Assembly: GCA_963980225.1 (NCBI GenBank)
Contig: CAXBYW010000005.1
Location: forward strand, 1,235-65,234
Origin: an uncultured bacterium
GTDB taxonomy: Bacteria; Patescibacteriota; Microgenomatia; UBA1400; MFAQ01
Direction of reading: 5' to 3'
Length of the DNA: 64,000 nucleotides
This document shows, one piece after another, positions 49,098 to 58,485 of the stretch. The notes below the pieces were generated by a model. It saw nothing but the letters and a program-made list of their open reading frames with translations, was not told where the DNA came from and ran no database searches. How positions within the stretch are numbered: position 1 is the stretch's first letter; each line of letters begins with the position of its first letter. Made by a program: the position numbers and the translations under genes.

Positions 49098-50220
49098 GCT
49101 CTTCTCTATGTTCCTGTGCTTTGGTAGAGTACCAAATAAGCCATCCTAAAAACTCATCTCTTTCTTCGTTGTTCATAGTTACTTCCTCCCACTCAACTTC
49201 GCCTTTATCGAACCAACGAAAGAAAAACTTAGCTCGTCCTTCAGTCGCATTATTTAAAACACTAGTCTTTACAGGAAAAGCACCACCGCTATGGTTTAAC
49301 CATTTTTTATCCAAAATATAACGAGCAGCAAATCTCTCAGTCATAAATAGAGCCAGCTGAGCTTGCCTTTTTCTAATCTCTTGTTGAAGCTCGCCTTCCG
49401 TCTCTCTGTTTCCGGTCTTTAGGTCTGTTATTTGTACGGTCACTGTTTTCTTTGCTCTTTCTTCTCTAGTTATCCTATCTACCCTGCCCATTATTTGTAA
49501 AAGCTCGGTGTTAACAATAGCTAACACCTCATTAACACTTTCATGTTTCAGTCCATATCCCCACTTACCTTTCTCCCCTTTAAAGTACTGACTGGTCCAA
49601 TGCTCTGCTAAAAGCAACCCCTCCTCGAAAAGCTCATTACTTCCTAAAACATCTGCTTTAAGTAGGGGATTACTAAAACCCATGTCTTGAAACATCGGTA
49701 ATATTTCTTTTTTGTCTCTTTCTTGTTTTTGCCTTATGTTTAAAAATCTTTCCCACGATTCCGCCATGATTGTAAGCAGTCTTTCCTCATCTATATCCTT
49801 CTTCGTCTCCACCCACTCTGTGGCGCCATAATACACATCAAGGGTTTCCTGATTAGCACTTGGTAACCCGCGTTTAATAACTGGCCCAACTGTCCCCTGA
49901 GTTATCAAGTTAAATAGTACGTCTGCACCATGAAGTTCTTGTCCAAAAATAGAGGCTCTCTCCCCTTTCTCCCCGTAATGTTTAGTCTCATCTGGTTTAT
50001 CAACCAATCCTTCTTTCCAGTAAAGGTAAGGTAACCATTTCTCCATTTTTGAGATGTTTGTTCTTACTCTTGTAAACCCTTCAAATTTCCTAAACTCATT
50101 CACAGCGTAAGTAATCTGAGGTTTAACATCTTCTGTTAATGTTTTTTCCAGATGAGGTTCCAAGACACTAAATCTTGTTTGCTGATCTCCCTTTTTTACC
50201 CTATCATCTATTTCTAGCAT
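49081..50220 (-). CDS. hypothetical protein (379 aa)
   Basis: Long ORF, no confidently recognised domain. Confidence 0.4.
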   Translation of the reverse strand: MLEIDDRVKKGDQQTRFSVLEPHLEKTLTEDVKPQITYAVNEFRKFEGFTRVRTNISKMEKWLPYLYWKEGLVDKPDETKHYGEKGERASIFGQELHGADVLFNLITQGTVGPVIKRGLPSANQETLDVYYGATEWVETKKDIDEERLLTIMAESWERFLNIRQKQERDKKEILPMFQDMGFSNPLLKADVLGSNELFEEGLLLAEHWTSQYFKGEKGKWGYGLKHESVNEVLAIVNTELLQIMGRVDRITREERAKKTVTVQITDLKTGNRETEGELQQEIRKRQAQLALFMTERFAARYILDKKWLNHSGGAFPVKTSVLNNATEGRAKFFFRWFDKGEVEWEEVTMNNEERDEFLGWLIWYSTKAQEHREELKKLR

Positions 50221-50243
50221 TAAGCAGGTATAATTAGATAATC

Positions 50244-52841
50244 ATGTTTAAAATTTTCAATAACCTTTTTGACGGTAATCAAAAACAGCTAGATCAATTT
50301 AAGGCAGCTGTTGCCACGATAAATGATCTAGAGATCAAAGTCAAGAAACTAAAGGACAACCAAATCAAGACGGAAGTTAATAAGTTTAAAAAACAACTTT
50401 CTCAAGGAAAAACGCTAGATGACATCCTGCCAGACATCTACGCCTTGGTTCGTGAGGCAACTCAAAGAACCACGGGTATGCGTGCTTTTGACGTTCAGTT
50501 AATGGCCGCCATCGCTTTCCATCAAGGTAAAATTGCCGAGCAAAAAACAGGAGAAGGTAAAACACTCTCTGCTGTCTTCGCTATTGCCCTAAACGCTCTT
50601 ACTGGTCGAGGAGTTCACTTAATTACAGTTAACGACTATCTAGCCCAAAGAGACGCAGGTTGGATGGCTCCAACATTTGATCTGCTGGGCCTTTCTGTCG
50701 GTGTAATCTATTCTGGTAAAGGCGATCAACCAGCTTCCATTTACGACCCAAAATATGAGGACAAGACTCACCATGATAAAAGACTCCATAATCTAAAACC
50801 TTGCTCTAGACGTGAAGCTTACCAGGCAGACATAACTTATGGAACTAATAACGAGTTCGGTTTTGACTACTTGCGAGACAATATGGCTAGAGACCTGAAA
50901 GGTCAAGTTCAACGTGAGAAGCACTTTGCCATAGTAGACGAGGTCGACTCGATTCTAATAGATGAAGCCAGAACTCCATTGATCATCTCTGCACCAGACA
51001 CCGAGCCAACTGAAAAATACTACCAATTTACCGAAGTTGTGAAGTCGCTTTCAAAAGATACAGATTATGATCTAGACGAAAAGCAGAGAACCGTTAACTT
51101 AACCGACCATGGTCTAAAAAAAGTAGAAAAGATTCTCAAAGTAGACAACTTGTACGAGCAAGACTATCAGACTCTACATCACATAGAGCAGGCTTTAAAG
51201 TCGAGAACTCTATTCACCAAAGACAAGGACTATGTAGTAAAAGACGACTCGATCATCATAGTAGACGAGCACACCGGTAGATTAATGTACGGTAGGCGTT
51301 ACTCAGATGGACTTCACCAATCTATAGAAGCCAAAGAGGGTGTAAAAATTCAACAAGAATCAAAAACACTTGCCACAATCTCACTACAAAACTATTTTAG
51401 GATGTATGAAAAACTAGCTGGTATGACCGGTACAGCTGTTACAGAGAAACAAGAGTTCAAAAAAATATATGACCTAGAAGTAGTGGTCATTCCCACTAAC
51501 AGGCCGGTAAAGAGACTAGACAATCAAGACATCGTCTATAAAACTCAAAGGGCTAAGTACTCAAAGATCGTTGAGGAGATAACAGAGAGAAATAAAAAAG
51601 GCCAACCTATCTTAATTGGTACTAAATCCATAGACCAAAACCAAATACTGACTCAGTTCTTAAAAAAGAAAAGAATAAAACATAAGGTTCTAAATGCAAA
51701 AAATCACGAAAGCGAAGCCGAAATTATCTCTCAAGCAGGAGCACCAGGAGCAGTTACCGTCGCTACCAACATCGCTGGTAGGGGAGTAGATATTGTCTTG
51801 GGAGGAGATCCATCAGACAAGACAAAAGCCGAATGGCAAAAGGAGCATGAAAAAGTAAAAGAGCTAGGTGGTCTTCACATTATTGGTGCTGTTAGACATG
51901 AATCCAGACGAATCGATAATCAGTTCAGAGGTAGATCTGGTCGTCAGGGTGATCCAGGGTCATCTCGTTTCTTTGTTTCCTTAGAGGATGATATTATGCG
52001 CATTTTTGGTGGTGATAGAGTCTCAAAGTTAATGGATCTACTTAAAGTTCCAGAGGACCAGCCTTTAGAGGCTGGAATGGTTTCTAAGGCCATAGAAACA
52101 GCTCAAGCCAAAGTAGAAGCCCACCACTTTGATCAAAGAAAAAATGTAGTAGAGTACGATGGAGTTTTAAATAAGCACAGGGAAGTTTTCTATAAAAAAC
52201 GCCAGCAAATTTTAGAAAAAATAAATGACACGGATGGTCTAAAAGAAGAAACTGACCAACTTCTAACTCAGGAAATAGACAATCTTCTTGCCAGTTACGC
52301 TGACAAACTAACCAAAGAAGACGCAGATCACTTAATAAAAGAATTTCAGTCAGTCTTACCTCTTCATCCTCAATCAGCCGACCCATTAGAAAAAAGATTA
52401 GTGGGTCAAACACCAGAAGAGATAGTTACATTATTTAACAAAATAGTAACTGATGCGAGAAAAGAACAAGAACTAGTTTTGGGTAAAGAAACAACTAGGG
52501 AAGCAGAAAAATTTGTTCAACTAGGAACTTACGATGAGCTTTGGATGCAACACCTGGATTCCTTAGACTCCTTAAGAGACGGCATAGGTCTAAGGGGTTA
52601 TGCCCAAAAAGATCCAGTGGTAGAGTACAAAAAAGAAGCATATTCTTTATTTGAAGCTCTCTTAGGAAAAATTGACAGTCAGGTTGTAAGAAGAATTTTT
52701 AGAATTCAAGCCAAACCCATCACTCCTCCAGTTCAACCAATCCAAGTTGATTCCACACCTAAAAAACTTGGTAGAAATAACCCTTGTTGGTGTGGTTCTG
52801 GTAAAAAATGGAAGACATGCCACTACCCTGCTTTACGATGA
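50244..52841 (+). CDS. secA: preprotein translocase ATPase SecA
   Basis: DEAD motor motifs, C-terminal zinc-binding CWCGSGKKWKTCH. Confidence 0.9.
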   Translation: MFKIFNNLFDGNQKQLDQFKAAVATINDLEIKVKKLKDNQIKTEVNKFKKQLSQGKTLDDILPDIYALVREATQRTTGMRAFDVQLMAAIAFHQGKIAEQKTGEGKTLSAVFAIALNALTGRGVHLITVNDYLAQRDAGWMAPTFDLLGLSVGVIYSGKGDQPASIYDPKYEDKTHHDKRLHNLKPCSRREAYQADITYGTNNEFGFDYLRDNMARDLKGQVQREKHFAIVDEVDSILIDEARTPLIISAPDTEPTEKYYQFTEVVKSLSKDTDYDLDEKQRTVNLTDHGLKKVEKILKVDNLYEQDYQTLHHIEQALKSRTLFTKDKDYVVKDDSIIIVDEHTGRLMYGRRYSDGLHQSIEAKEGVKIQQESKTLATISLQNYFRMYEKLAGMTGTAVTEKQEFKKIYDLEVVVIPTNRPVKRLDNQDIVYKTQRAKYSKIVEEITERNKKGQPILIGTKSIDQNQILTQFLKKKRIKHKVLNAKNHESEAEIISQAGAPGAVTVATNIAGRGVDIVLGGDPSDKTKAEWQKEHEKVKELGGLHIIGAVRHESRRIDNQFRGRSGRQGDPGSSRFFVSLEDDIMRIFGGDRVSKLMDLLKVPEDQPLEAGMVSKAIETAQAKVEAHHFDQRKNVVEYDGVLNKHREVFYKKRQQILEKINDTDGLKEETDQLLTQEIDNLLASYADKLTKEDADHLIKEFQSVLPLHPQSADPLEKRLVGQTPEEIVTLFNKIVTDARKEQELVLGKETTREAEKFVQLGTYDELWMQHLDSLDSLRDGIGLRGYAQKDPVVEYKKEAYSLFEALLGKIDSQVVRRIFRIQAKPITPPVQPIQVDSTPKKLGRNNPCWCGSGKKWKTCHYPALR

Positions 52842-52936
52842 TGATCTGTCGATAGTTTAAAAAAACGAAAGACCCATATTGACAAAAGCATGGGTGTTCA
52901 TGCACAATGGAGACCAGTTAAAAAAGAAAAAAAATT

Positions 52937-53746
52937 ATGGACACTACTGCAAAAAAGAATAACACCGTTACCAAAGATAAAGATGAGTTAGAAACAAAAC
53001 CAGTAGAAGACTCAATAGAGGAGCCTAATGAAGAAATAAAAGAAGAGGATGATAAATTTGAAGAAACCAAAGAGATTAAAGAAGAAAATGAGTCTGAAGA
53101 GCCAAAAGAAGAAATAGAGCCAGAACCCAAAGATCAGCCAGACGACAATGAAACCATAGATGAAGAACTGGGAACAGAACCAGAACAAGAAGAAACGAAA
53201 GACCCAACTATTCCTACCCCAATCATTCCTGAAGGTACTTTAGACCAAGTCTTAGAAGTAAAGGAAGACAAACCTAAATCTAACAAAGGATTACTTGGTG
53301 CTCTGGCAATTACCTTAGTTGTAGGCGGTTCTTTAACTGGTGGTATCATCTATTCCAGATCAGCCACTAACAATCAAGATATTCGTTCAAAAGCCGCTGA
53401 AACTCCAGAGATCACAGCCACTGCTACACCCACAGCCACCCCTACTCCCGAAGAGATTGATTTTTCGGAATACAGTATAGAAATCCAAAATGGATCGGGT
53501 ACTGCTGGTCAAGCAGGTGTAGTAAACGAAATCCTACAAGCCCAAGATTTCAGCGAGGCAGACACTACTAACGCCGATTCTTATGATTATGAAGATACAG
53601 AAGTACAAATGAAGGAGGGCACTCCTAAGTCTGTCTATAATGCAATAGAAAAAGCTTTAACTGATGACTATCAAGTGATCGAAGGGGAGGCGTTAGACGC
53701 AGACTCCCTATTTGACATCGTAGTTATTGTGGGAGCAAAAAGATAA
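52937..53746 (+). CDS. acidic protein with TM helix and LytR_C-like C-terminal domain
   Basis: EIQNGSGTAGQAGVVNEILQAQDF... block. E/D/K-rich N-terminus. Confidence 0.45.
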   Translation: MDTTAKKNNTVTKDKDELETKPVEDSIEEPNEEIKEEDDKFEETKEIKEENESEEPKEEIEPEPKDQPDDNETIDEELGTEPEQEETKDPTIPTPIIPEGTLDQVLEVKEDKPKSNKGLLGALAITLVVGGSLTGGIIYSRSATNNQDIRSKAAETPEITATATPTATPTPEEIDFSEYSIEIQNGSGTAGQAGVVNEILQAQDFSEADTTNADSYDYEDTEVQMKEGTPKSVYNAIEKALTDDYQVIEGEALDADSLFDIVVIVGAKR

Positions 53747-53832
53747 GTAGAAACATATATAACACCTAATCAACTATCAACTCAGATGACACAGGGAGCT
53801 CAATAGTAATAAACGTTTCCCGCTAGGAATCC

Positions 53833-53861
53833 TTGACAACCACTCATCCCACCTCTAATAT
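53833..53861 (+). promoter_or_regulatory. consensus-like sigma70 promoter TTGACA-17-TAATAT
   Basis: Hexamers at 53833-53838 and 53856-53861. Supports the + strand repeat gene. Confidence 0.45.
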
Positions 53862-53889
53862 GGATATATTGCCAATTAATTAAAATAAA

Positions 53890-54261
53890 ATGGACGATAC
53901 AACAAAAAGCGCCCCTCCAGCAGGAAATATTGATCTAAATATGGATCCAGCTCTAACAACCCCTGCTGACCCAGTTACTACCCCTCCACCAGTATCAGAC
54001 AACTTACCTCCACTAACTCCCCCTGCAACCCCTGCTGACCCAGTGATTCCAACTCCAGTGGCAGTTCCTCCAGCTCCAGTAATTCCAGTGATTCCAACTC
54101 CAAGTGACACCCCTGCAGTTCCTCCAATGGGAACTCCAAGTGACACCCCTGCAGTTCCTCCAATGGGAACTCCAAGTGATACTCCTGCAGTTCCTCCAAT
54201 GGAAACTCCAAAAAAGACTCCTTTGGCAGAAGACCCAGACAAGGTAAACCCTTCTCTTTAA
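53890..54261 (+). CDS. Pro/Thr-rich repeat protein (123 aa)
   Basis: TPSDTPAVPPMG x3 from a 42-bp DNA repeat. Strand chosen because of the upstream promoter. Antisense Gly-rich ORFs are likely artefacts. Confidence 0.4.
   Translation: MDDTTKSAPPAGNIDLNMDPALTTPADPVTTPPPVSDNLPPLTPPATPADPVIPTPVAVPPAPVIPVIPTPSDTPAVPPMGTPSDTPAVPPMGTPSDTPAVPPMETPKKTPLAEDPDKVNPSL
54094..54219. repeat. 42-bp tandem repeat x3 (coding)
   Basis: ACTCCAAGTGACACCCCTGCAGTTCCTCCAATGGGA repeated with 1-2 substitutions. Confidence 0.7.
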
Positions 54262-54266
54262 GGTAA

Positions 54267-54608
54267 ATGGCCCAAATCATTTTAACGAATCATGTAAAGA
54301 AAAGAGCTTTAGAGCGTGGTGTGTCTCTACAAGATCTAGACAAGGTAGTTCGTTTTCCTGATAGTGTTACCCAAAGTAAAAACAACTCTTCCAAAAAACA
54401 CACCAAAAACTTTGGATCATATCAAATAGTAGTTCCTATTAAACGCCAGGGAAACAACTGGGTCACCGTATCAGCTTGGAAAAAACCAGTTTACTCAAGC
54501 AACAGATATAAAGATAAAAAACTTCCAAAACAGCTCTTTTTAGAGAGAATAATAAATAACGGCTTACTCAAGTTGGAGAAGGTCTTTAGTCGAAGATCTA
54601 ATAGATAG
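54267..54608 (+). CDS. DUF4258-like (toxin-like) protein
   Basis: N-terminal IILTNHVKKRALERGVSLQDLDKVV and later VTVSAWKK fit the DUF4258 pattern. No partner found. Confidence 0.35.
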   Translation: MAQIILTNHVKKRALERGVSLQDLDKVVRFPDSVTQSKNNSSKKHTKNFGSYQIVVPIKRQGNNWVTVSAWKKPVYSSNRYKDKKLPKQLFLERIINNGLLKLEKVFSRRSNR

Positions 54609-54863
54609 ATATTCATCACATCTTAGTGAAGCAAACAATCCTTCACGTTTTTCATTTTTACACTCGCTTACAGTAGCAATCCCAAAAAACACTACCACCA
54701 TGAAAGCAATAGAAACTATCGTTGTACCAACAATCCTATACCCAAAAAATTGATCATCCAAAACTAATTGTCTCGCACCACTAACTAAGTTGTAAAACCA
54801 CTCTGAAAAACTAACTAAAAATATTAAAGCAAGAATGATTCCTACAATGACAGGCATATCCAT
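54564..54863 (-). CDS. small 2-TM membrane protein
   Basis: 99-aa ORF with hydrophobic helices. Confidence 0.3.
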   Translation of the reverse strand: MDMPVIVGIILALIFLVSFSEWFYNLVSGARQLVLDDQFFGYRIVGTTIVSIAFMVVVFFGIATVSECKNEKREGLFASLRCDEYLSIRSSTKDLLQLE

Positions 54864-54909
54864 AGATAAATCCTATCACATCTAGATCAATTCCTGTTAC
54901 AATGGCCCC

Positions 54910-55581
54910 ATGCTGAAAAAGTCTGTTTTGCTAGTTATCTCTTCCTTAATTCTCTCGGCCTGCACGACCAAAACAATCTCTCCTTTAGTAGAAGAAAATG
55001 TAATAGTTAATAATCAACCAACAGAAAAAATGAGCCAAACAACCACACCAGTAGAAAGTAAATCTATCTCAGTTACTATTAACACCAGTCTAGGTGAAAT
55101 GACCTTAGAACTCTTCCCAGACAAAGCTCCCCTAACTGTCGAGAACTTTGTCGGTTTAGCTACCGGAACAAAAGAATGGACAGATCCAAAAACCGGTGAG
55201 AAAACTAAAACCCCCCTATATCAAAACCTCATCTTCCATAGAATCATAGCTGACTTCATGGTCCAAGGTGGTGACCCATTGGGGAATGGTACGGGTGGAC
55301 CAGGTTACTCATTCAAGGATGAGTTTGACTCTAGTTTGACGTTTGATAAACCAGGTATCCTAGCTATGGCCAACAGTGGTCCCGGAACTAACGGATCCCA
55401 GTTTTTCATTACCTTAGCTCCTACTCCTTGGTTAAATGGTAAGCACACCATCTTCGGTATGGTAACAAAAGGTATGGATGTTTTAGAAAAGATTGGTAGC
55501 GTAGAAGTTGGCATTCAAGACAAGCCAGTAGTAGACGTTGTCATAGAATCAATAAATGTCGTCCCCAACACTCAACCGTAA
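54910..55581 (+). CDS. cyclophilin-type peptidyl-prolyl isomerase, lipoprotein-like
   Basis: [15 protein letters not shown] plus lipobox-like LSAC. Confidence 0.85.
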   Translation: MLKKSVLLVISSLILSACTTKTISPLVEENVIVNNQPTEKMSQTTTPVESKSISVTINTSLGEMTLELFPDKAPLTVENFVGLATGTKEWTDPKTGEKTKTPLYQNLIFHRIIADFMVQGGDPLGNGTGGPGYSFKDEFDSSLTFDKPGILAMANSGPGTNGSQFFITLAPTPWLNGKHTIFGMVTKGMDVLEKIGSVEVGIQDKPVVDVVIESINVVPNTQP

Positions 55582-56410
55582 GATAGGTGGTCATGTCTCC
55601 ATCGCTGGAGGCTTAACTAATGCTGTTCAAAACACTTTAGATATTAAAGGTAACTGTATGCAGATCTTTGCCGGTTCTCCCAGAATGTGGCTGAGAACTC
55701 CTTTCCCAGAAGATCAAGTCACAAGTTTTAACCTAAAAGTCAAAGAACAAGATCTCTCCCCCATTTTTATCCACGCTCTTTACCTGGTCAATCTAGCTTC
55801 AGACAACCCTGAGCTACTAGAAAAATCCTACCAAGCCTTACTAATGGACTTACAAAATGGACAAAGGATTAACTCGGCTGGTGTCATCGTCCACATCGGC
55901 TCCCACCAGGGTAGGGGATTTGACTCAGTCAAAGACCAGATTATTAGTCTAGTAAAAAAACTTTTAAAAAACACCAAAGATACCCCCTTTCTTATCGAAA
56001 ACTCCGCCGGTCAAAAAGGCAAGATTGGTTCTCTTGAAGAAATAGAAGCTTTGGTAAAGAGTATAGATGACCCACGAATTAAAGTCTGTCTGGACTCAGC
56101 TCACATGTTCGAGGCGGGTATCGATTTAAGAGAAGCAAAAGTAGTTGAAGATTTAGTAAAAAAACTTGGAACTAAGGGGTTACTAGACCGTTTGGTTTGC
56201 CTACATTTAAATGACTCAAAAACTGTCCTGGGGTCAGGTCACGACAAACATGAGAACATAGGGGAAGGGGAGATAGGTAAGGCTGGCTTGTCAAATCTTG
56301 TTAACCACCCCAAACTAAAACACCTACCTCTACTTCTAGAAGTTCCAGGACAAGACAAAAAAGGTCCAGACCAAAAAAACATACAAACTGTTCACACTCT
56401 AACAAACTAA
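55556..56410 (+). CDS. nfo: endonuclease IV (AP endonuclease family 2)
   Basis: [11 protein letters not shown] start and TIM-barrel metal-site pattern. 26-nt overlap with the upstream gene. Confidence 0.75.
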   Translation: MSSPTLNRKIGGHVSIAGGLTNAVQNTLDIKGNCMQIFAGSPRMWLRTPFPEDQVTSFNLKVKEQDLSPIFIHALYLVNLASDNPELLEKSYQALLMDLQNGQRINSAGVIVHIGSHQGRGFDSVKDQIISLVKKLLKNTKDTPFLIENSAGQKGKIGSLEEIEALVKSIDDPRIKVCLDSAHMFEAGIDLREAKVVEDLVKKLGTKGLLDRLVCLHLNDSKTVLGSGHDKHENIGEGEIGKAGLSNLVNHPKLKHLPLLLEVPGQDKKGPDQKNIQTVHTLTN

Positions 56411-56431
56411 GTCTTTTTGTTGCTTAAAAAA

Positions 56432-56463
56432 CAAAAAAACCACCAACGGTATATTGTTGGTGG
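56432..56463 (-). terminator. rho-independent terminator for the minus-strand small gene
   Basis: Stem CCACCAAC/GTTGGTGG (56440-56463) followed on the minus strand by a U-run. Confidence 0.45.
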
Positions 56464-56486
56464 TTAGGGGTAGATATTCGTAAAAG

Positions 56487-56639
56487 CTAGTTTTTGAGGT
56501 AGTTGGCAAGGCCAAGAAAAAAGCTTAAAATGCAAAATGTTGCAAGCCCAGCAAAGATATCTGCAGTAGCCATGGCAACAAAATATGAAGCAAGAATCAT
56601 TAATATGATCATGCTTATTAAAATCATTGTTGATAACAT
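56487..56639 (-). CDS. 50-aa hydrophobic (2-TM) small protein
   Basis: GGAGGA 7 nt upstream of ATG and a terminator directly downstream. MLSTMILISMIILMILASYFVAMATADIFAGLATFCILSFFLGLANYLKN. Below the 60-aa ORF track cutoff. Confidence 0.35.
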   Translation of the reverse strand: MLSTMILISMIILMILASYFVAMATADIFAGLATFCILSFFLGLANYLKN

Positions 56640-56783
56640 ACTATTGTCCTCCAAAAGTTAGTCTATTGATTGAAAAGAACGAATGGTTAAATTATACCAT
56701 ATTATAAGGCAATAATCAAAAGCAAGTAGGTTGCTAAATAGTCTCCAATGTAGCTTCAAGTAGTGATAGAATATAGAAAGATT

Positions 56784-57818
56784 ATGGCAAAAAAAGAAGT
56801 AAAAAATAACCAGGCTGACAAGACTCCTTTTTGGAAAAAGAAATGGGTATGGCTAGTGGTATTTATTTTAATCATGGGTGGTCTCTTCCTTAAAAAACGC
56901 GCTTCAGCTGGTAAAGATCTAGATAGTATCGTTATAGAGCGAGGTTCTGTTAGACACGAACTAATCCTAACAGGCAAGATCAAGGCTGTAGAGCATGCCC
57001 AACTAAACTTCCAGTCTTCCGGTGAGTTATCTTGGATAGGAGTAAAAGAGGGAGACTTGGTTAAAAAAGGTCAGTATCTTTTAAGACTAGACGCCACCAG
57101 TCTACAAGCTCAGTACGAACAGGCAGTTGCGGCTTTAAGAAAAGCTCAAGCCACAGCAGATAATGTTTTAGATCAAGTCAAGGATAACGATGATGACGAG
57201 ACCCATGTACAAAAGGACTTAAGGACAACGGCAGAAGCCACTAGAGACAGTGCCTACAGAGCCTTGGAAATTGCCAGGGAAAACCTAAGAAATGGTTACC
57301 TAAAAGCACCTTTTGCGGGTATCGTCACCAACGTAGTATTACCTTTCTCGGGAATAAACACTACTTTTTCTCAACCTCAGATAGAGATACTAAACCCAGA
57401 AACAATGTACTTCGAGATCCAAGCAGATCAAACAGAAATCAAGGATCTATCTGTAGACCAACAGGTCTACATTACTCTAGACTCCTATCCAGAAAAAGAA
57501 ATAATGGGTACTGTTCAAAGTATTGCCTACACTCCTAGTGTTGGTGCATCCGGTACAGTTTATGAAGTCAAGGTTAGTTTTGACGAGTTAGACATTGAAA
57601 AATACAGAGTCGGCATGACCGGTGACGCCAGCTTTATTTTAGCCGTTAAAGAAGATACCCTCTACGTCCCACCCAAGTACATAAATTCAGACAAAGATGG
57701 TAAATACGTCAAACTTTCTCCTAAAAACGACCATGTATACATAGAGGTGGGTGTTGATGGAGAAAAGAGAACAGAGATAAAAGGTGACATAAACGAAGGC
57801 GACACCGTTTATGATTAA
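56784..57818 (+). CDS. periplasmic adaptor / membrane-fusion protein (HlyD/MacA family)
   Basis: N-terminal TM, coiled-coil and beta-barrel pattern. Operonic with the ABC ATPase. Confidence 0.75.
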   Translation: MAKKEVKNNQADKTPFWKKKWVWLVVFILIMGGLFLKKRASAGKDLDSIVIERGSVRHELILTGKIKAVEHAQLNFQSSGELSWIGVKEGDLVKKGQYLLRLDATSLQAQYEQAVAALRKAQATADNVLDQVKDNDDDETHVQKDLRTTAEATRDSAYRALEIARENLRNGYLKAPFAGIVTNVVLPFSGINTTFSQPQIEILNPETMYFEIQADQTEIKDLSVDQQVYITLDSYPEKEIMGTVQSIAYTPSVGASGTVYEVKVSFDELDIEKYRVGMTGDASFILAVKEDTLYVPPKYINSDKDGKYVKLSPKNDHVYIEVGVDGEKRTEIKGDINEGDTVYD

Positions 57819-58485
57819 ACTAAAGGGAGTTTCTAAAACATATTTTTTGGGTGAAGAGAAAGTCAAGGCAGTAGACAACGTCTCCTTAGACATTAAAAAG
57901 GGTGAGTACTTAAGTATTGTTGGTCCATCAGGTTGCGGTAAATCTACCTTGATGTACACCATTGGTTTGTTAGACATCCCCACCTCAGGTCAAGTTATTA
58001 TCGACGGTCAAGACGTCAGTAAACTAACTGACGAAGAGTTATCAAAATTAAGAAACGAAAAGATAGGTTTTGTCTTCCAGTCATTCAACCTAATCAATAA
58101 GTTCACTGCTCTAGAAAACGTTCTCTTGCCCACCAAGTACATAAAAAGTAAGCTAGACTTTGATCCAGAAAAAAGAGCAGAGAAACTTCTCAAGCAGTTT
58201 GGTATCTGGGAAAGAAGAAACTTCTTCCCCAACAAAATCTCTGGTGGTCAGCAGCAAAGAGTGGCTGTAGCTAGAGCTCTAATCATGAATCCAAGTATCA
58301 TCCTAGCTGATGAGCCAACTGGTAATCTAGACACCAAATCAGGTCATGAAATCCTAGACCTACTAGGTGATCTAAATAAAAACCTAAAAGTTACTGTTGT
58401 CTTGATTACTCATGAAATGGATATAGCCAAGCGAACTAAACGCAGAGTAGTAATGAAGGATGGTCAAGTAGTATCAAAAAAATGA
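57811..58485 (+). CDS. ABC transporter ATP-binding protein (MacB/LolD-type)
   Basis: GPSGCGKST, ISGGQQQR, ILADEPTGNLD. Confidence 0.85.
   Translation: MIKLKGVSKTYFLGEEKVKAVDNVSLDIKKGEYLSIVGPSGCGKSTLMYTIGLLDIPTSGQVIIDGQDVSKLTDEELSKLRNEKIGFVFQSFNLINKFTALENVLLPTKYIKSKLDFDPEKRAEKLLKQFGIWERRNFFPNKISGGQQQRVAVARALIMNPSIILADEPTGNLDTKSGHEILDLLGDLNKNLKVTVVLITHEMDIAKRTKRRVVMKDGQVVSKK

Noticed and set aside
53880-54280. Two minus-strand Gly-rich ORFs (120 and 100 aa) antisense to the Pro-rich repeat gene
   Set aside because: They are generated by the same 42-bp repeat read on the opposite strand. The consensus promoter and flanking gene orientation favour the + strand, so I treat them as likely artefacts.
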